A stretch of 64,000 nt of DNA from Spirochaetia bacterium. GTDB taxonomy: Bacteria > Spirochaetota > Spirochaetia > SZUA-6 > Bin103. Every line of letters begins with the position of its first letter. Position 1 is the first letter of the stretch. This document shows positions 15,408 through 24,335 of this stretch, piece by piece. The DNA is taken from positions 416,001 to 480,000 of the forward strand of contig CBDBOV010000002.1 in assembly GCA_965208575.1 (NCBI GenBank). Reading direction: 5' to 3'. Below the pieces are notes generated by a model, which ran no database searches, was not told the origin of the DNA, and was given only the letters and a program-made list of their open reading frames with translations. The position numbers and the translations under genes are program-made.

Positions 15408-18310
15408 TGGCGAACTACGAGGCGTCCGTCACCCTACGATTCCACGACCTGTTCTCCAGCGGCATGTCGTCCGCGGCGAACAGGATCTCCTCAGCGTCAG
15501 ACCGCATATCCGGAAGCTCCGCCGGGATCGCGGCGAGCAGCTCGGCGGCCGCCGGCAGAATGGACGCCGCCGCCGACCGCATGGGCGCCAGCTACCGCGG
15601 GGCAGCGAACACCATCGACGCCGCCTCGGGAGCGATCGGCGACGACCTCGGCGCCGCGGGCCGGGCCGCGGACGCCGCCGGCGATCGCATCGCCAGCGCC
15701 GGCGACCGCGCCGCGCGGGCATGGCGTGCCGTGGACTTCGCGGCCGATCTCGGCGCCGCCTCCGCCGAGGTGTCGCAGCTCGCCGACCAGGTCGGGCGCA
15801 TGGCGGACGCCAACATCGAGGTGACGGCCGGTGTCCAGGGCGCCACCTCGGATCTGCGCACCGTGATCACCGACGACGGCGCCATCGCGGCCATCGTTGC
15901 CGCCGCGGAGCGCACGGCCGCGCAGCAATCGGACGCCGGCCGGCTGGCCGCGGTCTCGGTGGACGAGTTCCTGCAGGCAGCCTTCGCGAGCGTGAGTTCG
16001 GGCGTCGGCGTGGATGCCGGCATTGCGCCGCAGGCGGCCATCGCGCTCGCGGACCAGGCCGCGCTGCTCGGCCTCGCCGGCCAGACCGACGCCGCCACCG
16101 CCGCCAAGAACCTGGCCGTTGCGTTCAACGTGTTCGGCGACCAGGAGGCGATCGCCGCGGCCGCGGATCCGCTGGCCGCGGCGCGTGCCGAGATGGAGCG
16201 CATGAGCGACGTGCTGGCCACGACGCAGGATTCGTTCGCCTTCACCGGCGGCCTGGAGCAGCTCACGTCGGGCTTCAAGAACGTCGCCGGGCTGGCGGCA
16301 GCCTTCGAGGTGCCGCTTGAACAGACCTCGGCGATGATCGGCGTGCTCAACAGCATGGGTATCGAGGGGCCGGAAGCGGGCACCGCGCTCAAGTCGGCGC
16401 TGGCTCAGCTCGCCCCCGCCGCGGAGAAGCTGGGCTTCACGCTTGCCGAGACGGCTTCGGGCGGGTTGGATGCGATCGGCACTCTGCGCGGGGTCGCGGC
16501 TGCCGGTTTCTCGGCGACGGAGCTGACCAAGGCGTTCGGTACCGAGGCAGGTCCCGCCGTCATGCACCTCACGCGCCAGCTGGCGATGCTCGAAGGCGGA
16601 TACGAGCGCATCAGGGCAGGCGCGGGCACCACGATGGACAACGCCCGCATCGCGGCCGAGACCTACGATCAGTCCGTCGCCCAGCTCGGAGCCTCCTTCG
16701 AGCTGCTGCAGTCGCGGATCGGCGCCGGCGGGCTGGCGGTGCGCCAGGCGGGGGTCGATGCCGCCACGTTCCTGGTCACCGTGGGCAACCGCCTGGCCGA
16801 GTTCAGTCCGGCCCTGGCGTCCGCCGCGGGCGGCATGCTGGAGATCGCGGCCGCCGGCGGCCGGGGCCTCGCCGGGGTGCTGGAGATCTCCACCGGCGTC
16901 CTGTCGCTGACCACCCTGCTCGGCAAGGACGGCCCGCTCCTGCCGGCGATCGGCAGCATCGGCGCCAGGGCAGCGTCGATCATCCCTGCCATCGCGACAT
17001 GGACGGCGTCGATGTGGGCGGCCGCGGCAGCTCACATCGCCGTGGCATGGCCGATCTACGCGATCGTGGCGGGCGTTGCTCTGCTCGCCGCAGGGGCCTA
17101 CCTGGTCGTCAAGCACTGGGACCAAGTGAGCGCGTTCTTCGCCGGGCTGTGGAGCGCGGTTTCCGGGGCGTTCCGCTCCGCGTTCGAGCGGATCGGGGCG
17201 TTCCTCGACGGCATCCGCGGGCCGGCCCTGGCGGCCATGGTGGTGTTCATGCCTATCGTGGGGATCCCGCTGCTGATCCGGCGCCACTGGGGCGCGCTCA
17301 GCACGTTCTTCGCGGGCGTGTGGAGCTCGGTGACGGGCTCGTTCGCCGCGGCGTGGGGGCGCATACGGGGGTTGCTGGAGGGGCCGTTCAACTCGATCGT
17401 GGGGTTCTTCGGCGACCTGTGGGGGTCGGTGGCGGGGATCTGGCGCGGCGCCTGGGACTCGTTCGCGGCCCTGGTGCGTAGCGGCCTGGAGCGCGTGGTT
17501 CGCCTGTTCTCGTTCTTCTGGACCATCAGGGACTTCTTCCGCGGTGTGTGGGACGCGATCACCGAGGTGTTCCGGGGCGCCTGGGACCGCATCAACAACC
17601 TGTTCGGCCCCGATACTCTGCTCGGCAGGATATTCGGGACCATGGCCGCGGATCCGGCGGCCGCGCAGGACCAAGTCAACAGCGCCATGGGCGAGACTCT
17701 GTCCGTCGTCCCTCCCTGGCTGGCCCAGTCGGACGCCGAGCGCGGGCCGCTGTCCAGGCTTACCGCCGCCGGTCGCGCCATCCCGGCGACCATCGCCGCG
17801 GGCATCATCGCCGGCGCGCCGGTGCTTGCGGCCGCGTTGCCGCCGGCGCTTGGGGAGCTGACGCCCTTGCTGCTGCCGGCGGCCGCCGCCCCACCCGACC
17901 TGGAAGCCGGATACGGCCCGGTAGCGCCGCCCCTGCTGCCCGCGGCCGGCGCACTGGACCTGGAAGCCGGCTTTGGCCCGGTAGCGCCGCCGCTGCTGCC
18001 CGCGGCCGCCGCACTGGACCTGGAAGCCGGCTTTGGCCCGGTGGCGCCGCCCCTGCTGCCCGCGCTCGGCCCGCTCGAGCTGGGAGCTGACGCCGCCGCG
18101 CCGGCCCGTCGCGTGTCCGGGGCAGCGCCGCCCGGCGCCGGCGACCTCGTCGCCGCCATGCGTGAGCTCGCCGCGGAGCTGCGTGCGGCCCGCGCCGGCG
18201 GCAAGGGGCGCGGGATCAGTGTCGAGAGCCTGGAGATCCGGCTCGACGAATCAGGTGACCTGTTCCGGTCGCTGGAGGGGCTGGCCGAGGTGGCCGGAGA
18301 GTCCTTGTGA
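15407..18310 (+). CDS. Tail tape measure protein
   Basis: 967 aa, Ala-rich; G..G.EAGTALK, FGTEAG core motifs; W/F-periodic repeats (FFAGLWSAV). Confidence 0.92.
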   Translation: MANYEASVTLRFHDLFSSGMSSAANRISSASDRISGSSAGIAASSSAAAGRMDAAADRMGASYRGAANTIDAASGAIGDDLGAAGRAADAAGDRIASAGDRAARAWRAVDFAADLGAASAEVSQLADQVGRMADANIEVTAGVQGATSDLRTVITDDGAIAAIVAAAERTAAQQSDAGRLAAVSVDEFLQAAFASVSSGVGVDAGIAPQAAIALADQAALLGLAGQTDAATAAKNLAVAFNVFGDQEAIAAAADPLAAARAEMERMSDVLATTQDSFAFTGGLEQLTSGFKNVAGLAAAFEVPLEQTSAMIGVLNSMGIEGPEAGTALKSALAQLAPAAEKLGFTLAETASGGLDAIGTLRGVAAAGFSATELTKAFGTEAGPAVMHLTRQLAMLEGGYERIRAGAGTTMDNARIAAETYDQSVAQLGASFELLQSRIGAGGLAVRQAGVDAATFLVTVGNRLAEFSPALASAAGGMLEIAAAGGRGLAGVLEISTGVLSLTTLLGKDGPLLPAIGSIGARAASIIPAIATWTASMWAAAAAHIAVAWPIYAIVAGVALLAAGAYLVVKHWDQVSAFFAGLWSAVSGAFRSAFERIGAFLDGIRGPALAAMVVFMPIVGIPLLIRRHWGALSTFFAGVWSSVTGSFAAAWGRIRGLLEGPFNSIVGFFGDLWGSVAGIWRGAWDSFAALVRSGLERVVRLFSFFWTIRDFFRGVWDAITEVFRGAWDRINNLFGPDTLLGRIFGTMAADPAAAQDQVNSAMGETLSVVPPWLAQSDAERGPLSRLTAAGRAIPATIAAGIIAGAPVLAAALPPALGELTPLLLPAAAAPPDLEAGYGPVAPPLLPAAGALDLEAGFGPVAPPLLPAAAALDLEAGFGPVAPPLLPALGPLELGADAAAPARRVSGAAPPGAGDLVAAMRELAAELRAARAGGKGRGISVESLEIRLDESGDLFRSLEGLAEVAGESL
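17897..18066 (+). repeat. 60-bp tandem repeat (~3 copies) in tape measure C-terminus
   Basis: gacctggaagccgg...gcgccgcc.ctgctgcccgcg at 17897, 17957, 18017 (DLEAG[YF]GPVAPPLLPAA.AL). Confidence 0.9.
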
Positions 18311-18885
18311 GCATCGCGTTACTCGATGACGGCGGCCTGGCGCTGAATGGGTCGCCTATGCCCGAGGTGACCGTGCAGGGCACGAGCGCCGGGGGCGGCG
18401 AGGCGACAATCGATTCGCAGCAGCACGAGGGAGGCAGCGGCGCCGACCACGTGTTCGACGGCTGGGCGGATCGCAAGGTCAGGATCCGCCTGATCCTCAC
18501 CGAGGAGCAGGATGGCGGCCGCGATCGCTACGCCCGTCTGGCCGAGCTGGTCGACGCGTCCCGGGCGCTCGACGGAGAGGCGCCGCGCATCTACCAGGTG
18601 GTCGGCGGCGTAGCGGGCGCCCTCCGCGTCTCGAGGGCGCTGATCACCAACGTCGACGACGTCGACGACACCAACGAGGAGGACACGCTCCGCTGCACCC
18701 TCGTGCTGCTGCAGGTGGATCCCGATGACAACGTATACCAGCGGCAGGCCGCCGCCGCCGCCGAGGCCGCCTCGACGGCAGTAGCGGCAGGCACAACGGA
18801 CGCTGCCTCCCAGGGGCTGCAGCCGACCGCCGACGACGAGGCGTACCTGCAATCGCTCGAGCAGCAGTTGGGGGATCCGGGCTGA
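18307..18885 (+). CDS. Baseplate/tail-initiator-like protein
   Basis: GTGA-coupled to tape measure; position. Confidence 0.55.
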   Translation: MSIALLDDGGLALNGSPMPEVTVQGTSAGGGEATIDSQQHEGGSGADHVFDGWADRKVRIRLILTEEQDGGRDRYARLAELVDASRALDGEAPRIYQVVGGVAGALRVSRALITNVDDVDDTNEEDTLRCTLVLLQVDPDDNVYQRQAAAAAEAASTAVAAGTTDAASQGLQPTADDEAYLQSLEQQLGDPG

Positions 18886-19610
18886 TGCCGGTAAGCGTCC
18901 CGCGAATCCGCTTGACCGTTGCCGGCGCCCCGGTGACGGGCTTGCTGCGCCTGGACCTGGTCTCGTCGCCCGAGGCACTGCGCTGCGCGGTCACCTGCTC
19001 GCCCCGCGCCACGGTCTACGATACCGGCGCCGAAGTTGAAGTCCAGGTGGACGACACTCTCATGCTGCGCGGCCCGATCCACACGGTCGAGCCGATCCGG
19101 CGGACCAAGCGCCGTTACCTCGCCGAGCCCCTTGCCAGCCAGGCGCTGCGAGGCCTGGTTGATGACCCGGTCGGACCGTTCGGCTGGCGCCGCGAGCAGA
19201 GCAACACCATCGCCCGCGAGCTGATGGCGCCGCTGCCGATCGACGTGAGCGCGCTGCCCGCGGCGCAACTGCGGTGGTCCAGTCCCGCGGCGCCGAGGCG
19301 CTGGGTGCTCGACGCGTTTCTGCGGTCGATCTCCGCGGCTGCCGAAGTCGAGGTGCGCCACTCGATAGAGCCGGACGGCACGGTGGCCCTGGGGCCGCTC
19401 GCTGAGCTGCGCCCCTCGTCCGGCGTCTCGCTCCGCACCGGCGAGACGATCCTTACCCGCCGAGGCGACCGCTACGTGACGCGGGCCGTCGCGGCCAGGT
19501 GGAACACCACCGTCGACGTGGACGGCGCCGAGTTGGTCTGCAGCTACGCCAGGCTGGACGCGCGCGCCGGGCGCTACCGGTCTCGGCTGGTGCTCGAGGA
19601 GGCGGCATGA
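18885..19610 (+). CDS. Baseplate hub-like protein
   Basis: Coupled ORF; beta-rich; lies before the spike gene. Confidence 0.5.
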   Translation: MPVSVPRIRLTVAGAPVTGLLRLDLVSSPEALRCAVTCSPRATVYDTGAEVEVQVDDTLMLRGPIHTVEPIRRTKRRYLAEPLASQALRGLVDDPVGPFGWRREQSNTIARELMAPLPIDVSALPAAQLRWSSPAAPRRWVLDAFLRSISAAAEVEVRHSIEPDGTVALGPLAELRPSSGVSLRTGETILTRRGDRYVTRAVAARWNTTVDVDGAELVCSYARLDARAGRYRSRLVLEEAA

Positions 19611-20227
19611 CGTCGATTTGGCGCCGTATACGGCGCGTGGCGTGGTCGGGGGTCTCTCTGCCCGTAAAGGCGGTGGTGAACGCCTCCTACGCGCGTTCAG
19701 GCGGCGAATACGCCGCTGATCTGGAGGTCGTACACCGGGCCACCCTCGCGCGCACGGGCGAGATCCTGGAGGGCGTCCCGCTGCAGCCGGTCTGGCTCGG
19801 CGCAGACGGGCGCGGGCTCTATGCCCCGCCGGAGCAGGGCCAGGTCGTGGTGGTCGGCTGGATCGAGGGCGATCGCGCCCATCCCTATGTCGCCGGCGCC
19901 GCCGCGGACGGCTATTCGCCCGCGGCCTCCGCGGGCGTGGGCGAGTTCGTGCTCGTCGACGGCCGCGGGCACGAGGTCAGGATCACCGATCAGTTCTGGC
20001 GCGTCATCGACGGCGCCGGCGGCGAGCTGAAGCTCCAGGATCGCTGGCGCATGGCCAATCCGCAGGACAGCCTCCGCCCCGTGCTGGAAGCCCTGATCGA
20101 CGCCGTGACAGCTCTTACCACCACCGAGGGGCCGGCAATGGCGGTCCACCTGCACGGCGTGTCGCCGGCGACGATCGCGGCGCTGCAGGCGGTGCGGCAA
20201 CGCGTGGGAGCGCTGCTCGATGTCTGA
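19607..20227 (+). CDS. Baseplate spike protein (gpV/gp45-like)
   Basis: W.G..G.G.YAPP..GQ.V.V.WIEGD...PY; C-terminal HxH (HLH). Confidence 0.78.
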   Translation: MTSIWRRIRRVAWSGVSLPVKAVVNASYARSGGEYAADLEVVHRATLARTGEILEGVPLQPVWLGADGRGLYAPPEQGQVVVVGWIEGDRAHPYVAGAAADGYSPAASAGVGEFVLVDGRGHEVRITDQFWRVIDGAGGELKLQDRWRMANPQDSLRPVLEALIDAVTALTTTEGPAMAVHLHGVSPATIAALQAVRQRVGALLDV

Positions 20228-20573
20228 CATCAAGCTCAACGACGATCACGACTTTGCGGTCACCGCCGAGGGAGATTTCGAGGTTGTGGAAGGCGCAGCC
20301 CTCATCGCGCAGGACGTGGCCGAGGTCTGCCGCACTCCGCGAGGATCCTTGTTCTGGGACCGGGAGGAGGGAAGCGACGTCCTGATGTGGCTCAACAGCC
20401 CTTACCGGCGCACGTCCGAAGTGCTCGGCGAGCTGCGCAGGATCGCACTGAAGGATGACCGGGTGGCTGCCGAGTCGGTAGATGCCTATGTCGACGAGGA
20501 CGGCAACTACGTCCTCGCCTTTACTCCTCTCGGATCGGGCGTCGTGGTGACACTGGCGATCCCCGGTGCCTGA
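20220..20573 (+). CDS. Baseplate wedge protein (gp25/gp46-like)
   Basis: DI.L.....GD...V.G...I.QD......TP.GSLF.D...GS; DDRV. Confidence 0.7.
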   Translation: MSDIKLNDDHDFAVTAEGDFEVVEGAALIAQDVAEVCRTPRGSLFWDREEGSDVLMWLNSPYRRTSEVLGELRRIALKDDRVAAESVDAYVDEDGNYVLAFTPLGSGVVVTLAIPGA

Positions 20574-21597
20574 TATCCCAACCGCCGCCGAATTGCGCGC
20601 CACGGCCTTCGCCGCCGCGCGCGAGGAGACCGGCCTGACCAACAGCGTCAGCGTGGGACGCATCAGGGGCGCGATCGAGGTGATGCTTCGGCTCGTCCGC
20701 CGTATCTACGACCTGTGGGTGACGCCGGCGGCGACGCAGATCGATCGTCGCGAGGCAACAGGATTCTGGCTGGAGCTCCACGCGGCGAATGCGGGGCTGA
20801 CTCCCCTTTCGGCCACGGCCACCCGCGGTATTCTGACGGCTACCGCGGCCGCCGGCGGTTCGCTGGCGGCCGGCACTGAGATCACGGCGCCGGGCCTGCC
20901 CGCGTACACGGTCGACGGCGAGGTTGCCTTTGTCGCCGGCACGTTCCGCGTGCCGGTCACCTGCACCACCGCCGGCGCGTCCGGTAACCTTGCTGACGGC
21001 ACGGCCCTGACCGCCCCCGACTCGCTCGACAGCGTGACTGCCGCCGCCGGGTGGATCACGGTCCCAGGCGCCGATGACGAGGACGATGTCCGTCTTCGCG
21101 CCCGGATCGACGATCGATGGAAATCGCTGGGGGATGGCCACCCTACAGCGCAGTACCGCCTGGTGGCGCTGGGCGTGCCCAGCGTCGCGGAGGCGGCGGT
21201 GGCGCGCGCGCCACGAGGACCGGGCAGCGCCACCGTGGTCGTGAGGACGGTGGCCGGCGCGCCCACGGCGGCCGAGATCGCGGCAGTGGAGGCCGCGCTC
21301 GACACGCACGTGATGGTGGCGCGAGACATCCTGGTGGCCGCTCCCCCGCGGACTCCGGTGGAGATCGCCGTGACGTACACCGGCTCGGCAGTCCCCGATG
21401 CCGTGCGGCAGGCGGTGTCCCAATACGTAGCGTCGCTCAGACTTGGCGCCGTTCTGACCGAGGAAGGCTTGTACACCGCCGGTCGGTCGTTCCCCGGCGC
21501 ACTATTGGCGTCGGTCGATATGAGCGCCGGGGATCGCGTCGACCCGGGAGCTGGCGGCATCGTTCAGCCCACCGTGACTGCGACCCGGGCAGGCTGA
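20566..21597 (+). CDS. Baseplate J/gp47 family protein
   Basis: ATG.WL.LHA...GL; AG..GN; WI..PGAD.E.D..LR.R; RGPGS..V. Confidence 0.88.
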   Translation: MPDIPTAAELRATAFAAAREETGLTNSVSVGRIRGAIEVMLRLVRRIYDLWVTPAATQIDRREATGFWLELHAANAGLTPLSATATRGILTATAAAGGSLAAGTEITAPGLPAYTVDGEVAFVAGTFRVPVTCTTAGASGNLADGTALTAPDSLDSVTAAAGWITVPGADDEDDVRLRARIDDRWKSLGDGHPTAQYRLVALGVPSVAEAAVARAPRGPGSATVVVRTVAGAPTAAEIAAVEAALDTHVMVARDILVAAPPRTPVEIAVTYTGSAVPDAVRQAVSQYVASLRLGAVLTEEGLYTAGRSFPGALLASVDMSAGDRVDPGAGGIVQPTVTATRAG

Positions 21598-22773
21598 ATG
21601 CTCGACTACCTCAAGTCGCTCAACCTGCCCTACCGGGACACGGCGAGGGTGCGATGGGGGCTGCTGCGCGCCGTGGCGCGGATCGCCGGCGTCGCCGCGG
21701 ACGCGGTGATGGCGGCGATGCGGGAGTGGTGGCCGATCACGGCAGGCGACGCCGGGCTCGCGACGCACGCCGTGCAGCTCGAGGTCGCGGCGCAGCGGGA
21801 CGGGGAGAGCGATCGGGACTATCGCCTGCGCGTCGCGCGAGAGCCGGGGAATCGCCGCGTTTGGGGCAGGAGGGGGCCGACAGGCGAGCTGCTCGATGGT
21901 CTGAGCTGGAGGGAGTACCCACGCGAGGGAGAGAGGTTCGGGCGCGGCATCGTCGGGGCCGACATCTGCTGCGCCGGCCCGATGGTCGTCGTCTCGGGCG
22001 GGTCGGCGGAGCAGCTGGGCGAGCTCGAAAGGAGGCTCGCGCCAGACATTGCGGTGGTGTCTTTGCCGCCGCCGTCTGCCGATGCTGGCGGGAACCAAGA
22101 GCGATGGGTGAGATGGGGCGAGCCCGTCATTCTCGACGGCCGCGGGTCAACCGGGTGGCAGCCCGCTACGATCGCCTGGACTCAGACCTCCGGCGCCGCC
22201 GTGGTACTGCACGGGCAAGACACCATCATGCCGTTGTTCGCCGCGCCGAACATAGACAGCGACCTGGTGTTCCAGGTGTCGCTGTCGGCCAGCGGCGAAG
22301 TCTCGACCGCCGATGTGACGATCCGGGTTGGGGTGCGGGTGCATTTCCCGCTGCCGGTGGGGCGCTCACGCGTCATGGCGGCGTCAATAGTGCGTGGATC
22401 GAATCCGGCAGACCCAACAGCCTATTTTCGCACAGCAGACAACAACTCCGGCGGCGTGACCGGGCTCACGATCGGTTCGCTCCGTGACGGCTTCCTCGAT
22501 GCCGGCTCGGACACGGCCATCACTCGCATTGCCGTCATTCCCGGCACCTCACGGGTGCGGTTCGAAGACAACCCCGACCCGGATCGGTTGGGCGTACTCG
22601 CCGGCTTTACCGGTCGGGTCCATATTGCGCTGGAAGAGGGCAACTACTCGATCACGGGCTCACTGCGGTCGTCAGGAGACGACTTCATCGAATTCGATCT
22701 GGACGCGGACGATTTGGCCGCGGTCCAGGCGATCACGGTGGGTCGAAGTTTCGGGATAGCGATCACTGCTTAG
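21598..22773 (+). CDS. gp48/tail-I-like baseplate protein with PKD/Ig-like domain
   Basis: L..HA......R..GESD..YR.RV at N-terminus; P.ADAG..Q.....V.LDG.GS....W.QTSG..V.L.....P.F.AP. Confidence 0.65.
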   Translation: MLDYLKSLNLPYRDTARVRWGLLRAVARIAGVAADAVMAAMREWWPITAGDAGLATHAVQLEVAAQRDGESDRDYRLRVAREPGNRRVWGRRGPTGELLDGLSWREYPREGERFGRGIVGADICCAGPMVVVSGGSAEQLGELERRLAPDIAVVSLPPPSADAGGNQERWVRWGEPVILDGRGSTGWQPATIAWTQTSGAAVVLHGQDTIMPLFAAPNIDSDLVFQVSLSASGEVSTADVTIRVGVRVHFPLPVGRSRVMAASIVRGSNPADPTAYFRTADNNSGGVTGLTIGSLRDGFLDAGSDTAITRIAVIPGTSRVRFEDNPDPDRLGVLAGFTGRVHIALEEGNYSITGSLRSSGDDFIEFDLDADDLAAVQAITVGRSFGIAITA

Positions 22774-22787
22774 AGGGGGACAGCCTC

Positions 22788-24335
22788 GTGGATAGAGTCA
22801 ACTACTACAACGGCATGCCGCGCGACCCGGCAGACGAGAACACCGCCCAAGAGCACGCCGAGGCGCACCTGCAGTCGCTCGGCCGTGCAGTGGCGCCGGG
22901 AACGGTAACGACGGGCGGCGGCGTTACCGTAGGTGCTGGCCCGTCCGCCGCCGTCACCGGCGGGGAGGCGATCGGGCCGGACGGCGAGCGCATCCCTATA
23001 TCCGCGACCACGGTCCCGCTCAATGCGCCCGACAGCGGCCACCAGTGGGTGACTATTACGGTGCGTCATGCGTCGGTCCCGGCGGGAGCAGCGTACCAGG
23101 ACATCTTGGGCAATCCGGTTCGGCAGTACACGCGCGACGGCAGCATGGTCAATGCCGTGTACGGGGCTGCGGCGACCACCGCGGATGCAGCGATGGTGCC
23201 GGACGTGCCCGCGACAGATGTTGTGCTCGCGGATGTGCTGCTGCCCGCCGGCACGGTGAGTCTCGGGCGGCGGGCAAGCAACTCGGGCGGCTTGTCTTCG
23301 GCTTTGGCGGCTGTTCGCGCGGCGGTAGACGGGGCGCGCCCAGAGCCGATGGCCGCGAGGGCGCAAGTCTTTCCTACCGAGATCTTGGTTGACATAGGGG
23401 ATTACAGCATGGCGCTGGCGTCGACTGCCGATGGTGCGGTCCTTTTCACGCCGGCCGATCTGGCAAGTAGCTATCTCGATGAGGCCGTGGCGTACGCCAA
23501 TGGTCGCCTGTATTACGCTCAAGGTGCTGGATTTAGCACATGGACGGAGATCCCCGTAATTGGACTGCCAAGGCCGGATGGGCCTGTTGGGATGCTGGTG
23601 GAGGACTGGCGGGTCGTTGTGATAAGAGGATCAACCTCCCTTGGCGCCGCCGCGAGGGTGGAGATCGTTGATGATGCGGGGGCTTGGCCGGGAAGATCTC
23701 TCTCGGTAGTCAACTATGGGTCAGGGGGCGACGTTTCCGGATTGCGGGCCTTAGGGGTGGCGGCAAGTAGCGACGGCGATTTGCGCGTGGTGGCAGCAGG
23801 CTCTGATGGTCAGGCTGCCATGTACAATGTGAGTTCGAGCGGCGGCGTCTGGTCGAATCGCGTTGTTTTGACCGGAGTGACAGAGGTGACCGGCCTGGGG
23901 CTGGCGACCGAGGTGAGGGGCGCGTTGGCGGGCACGACTTACATGGCCGCGTCGAAGGGCGCGGCCGGCGTGTTTATCTACCGGCTGAACCTGGACACCG
24001 GAGCGGTGTCGGAGGTCGGGGCTACAGGTCTACTCAACAAGGACAATCTGGCGTTGCTTTTGCAAGGGGGTTCGGCAGCCGGCCGAATGTTGCTGTTCGC
24101 GGACGGCGATGCGTTCTCGCTGGACGCCGGCGCCTCGCCGCCGACCGCGACGGCGGTCAGCATCACGGGAGCTCCGTCCTCCGAGGGGTTCGGGGCAGGT
24201 CGCGTTGTCAGGCGTGGGGTGGGGTTGCCGGGAGGTCGAGTGTACCGCCGGGCGGATGACCCATTGAGCAGGTTGCGGATTGCCGGGGTTGCCAAAGGCC
24301 GCGCTCAGGACGTCCGCTTCCTCGTCTGGCGATGA
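22788..24335 (+). CDS. Tail fibre/receptor-binding protein
   Basis: MDRVNYYNG N-terminus; V..G.A.G.DG.RI; V.LAD.L; beta-rich C-terminus with more A/T-ending codons. Confidence 0.7.
   Translation: MDRVNYYNGMPRDPADENTAQEHAEAHLQSLGRAVAPGTVTTGGGVTVGAGPSAAVTGGEAIGPDGERIPISATTVPLNAPDSGHQWVTITVRHASVPAGAAYQDILGNPVRQYTRDGSMVNAVYGAAATTADAAMVPDVPATDVVLADVLLPAGTVSLGRRASNSGGLSSALAAVRAAVDGARPEPMAARAQVFPTEILVDIGDYSMALASTADGAVLFTPADLASSYLDEAVAYANGRLYYAQGAGFSTWTEIPVIGLPRPDGPVGMLVEDWRVVVIRGSTSLGAAARVEIVDDAGAWPGRSLSVVNYGSGGDVSGLRALGVAASSDGDLRVVAAGSDGQAAMYNVSSSGGVWSNRVVLTGVTEVTGLGLATEVRGALAGTTYMAASKGAAGVFIYRLNLDTGAVSEVGATGLLNKDNLALLLQGGSAAGRMLLFADGDAFSLDAGASPPTATAVSITGAPSSEGFGAGRVVRRGVGLPGGRVYRRADDPLSRLRIAGVAKGRAQDVRFLVWR

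Noticed and set aside
12896-24335. Tail cluster as a canonical eCIS or T6SS
   Set aside because: No Afp15-like ATPase, DUF4157, TssJLM or effectors; it is embedded in a Mu-like genome with capsid genes
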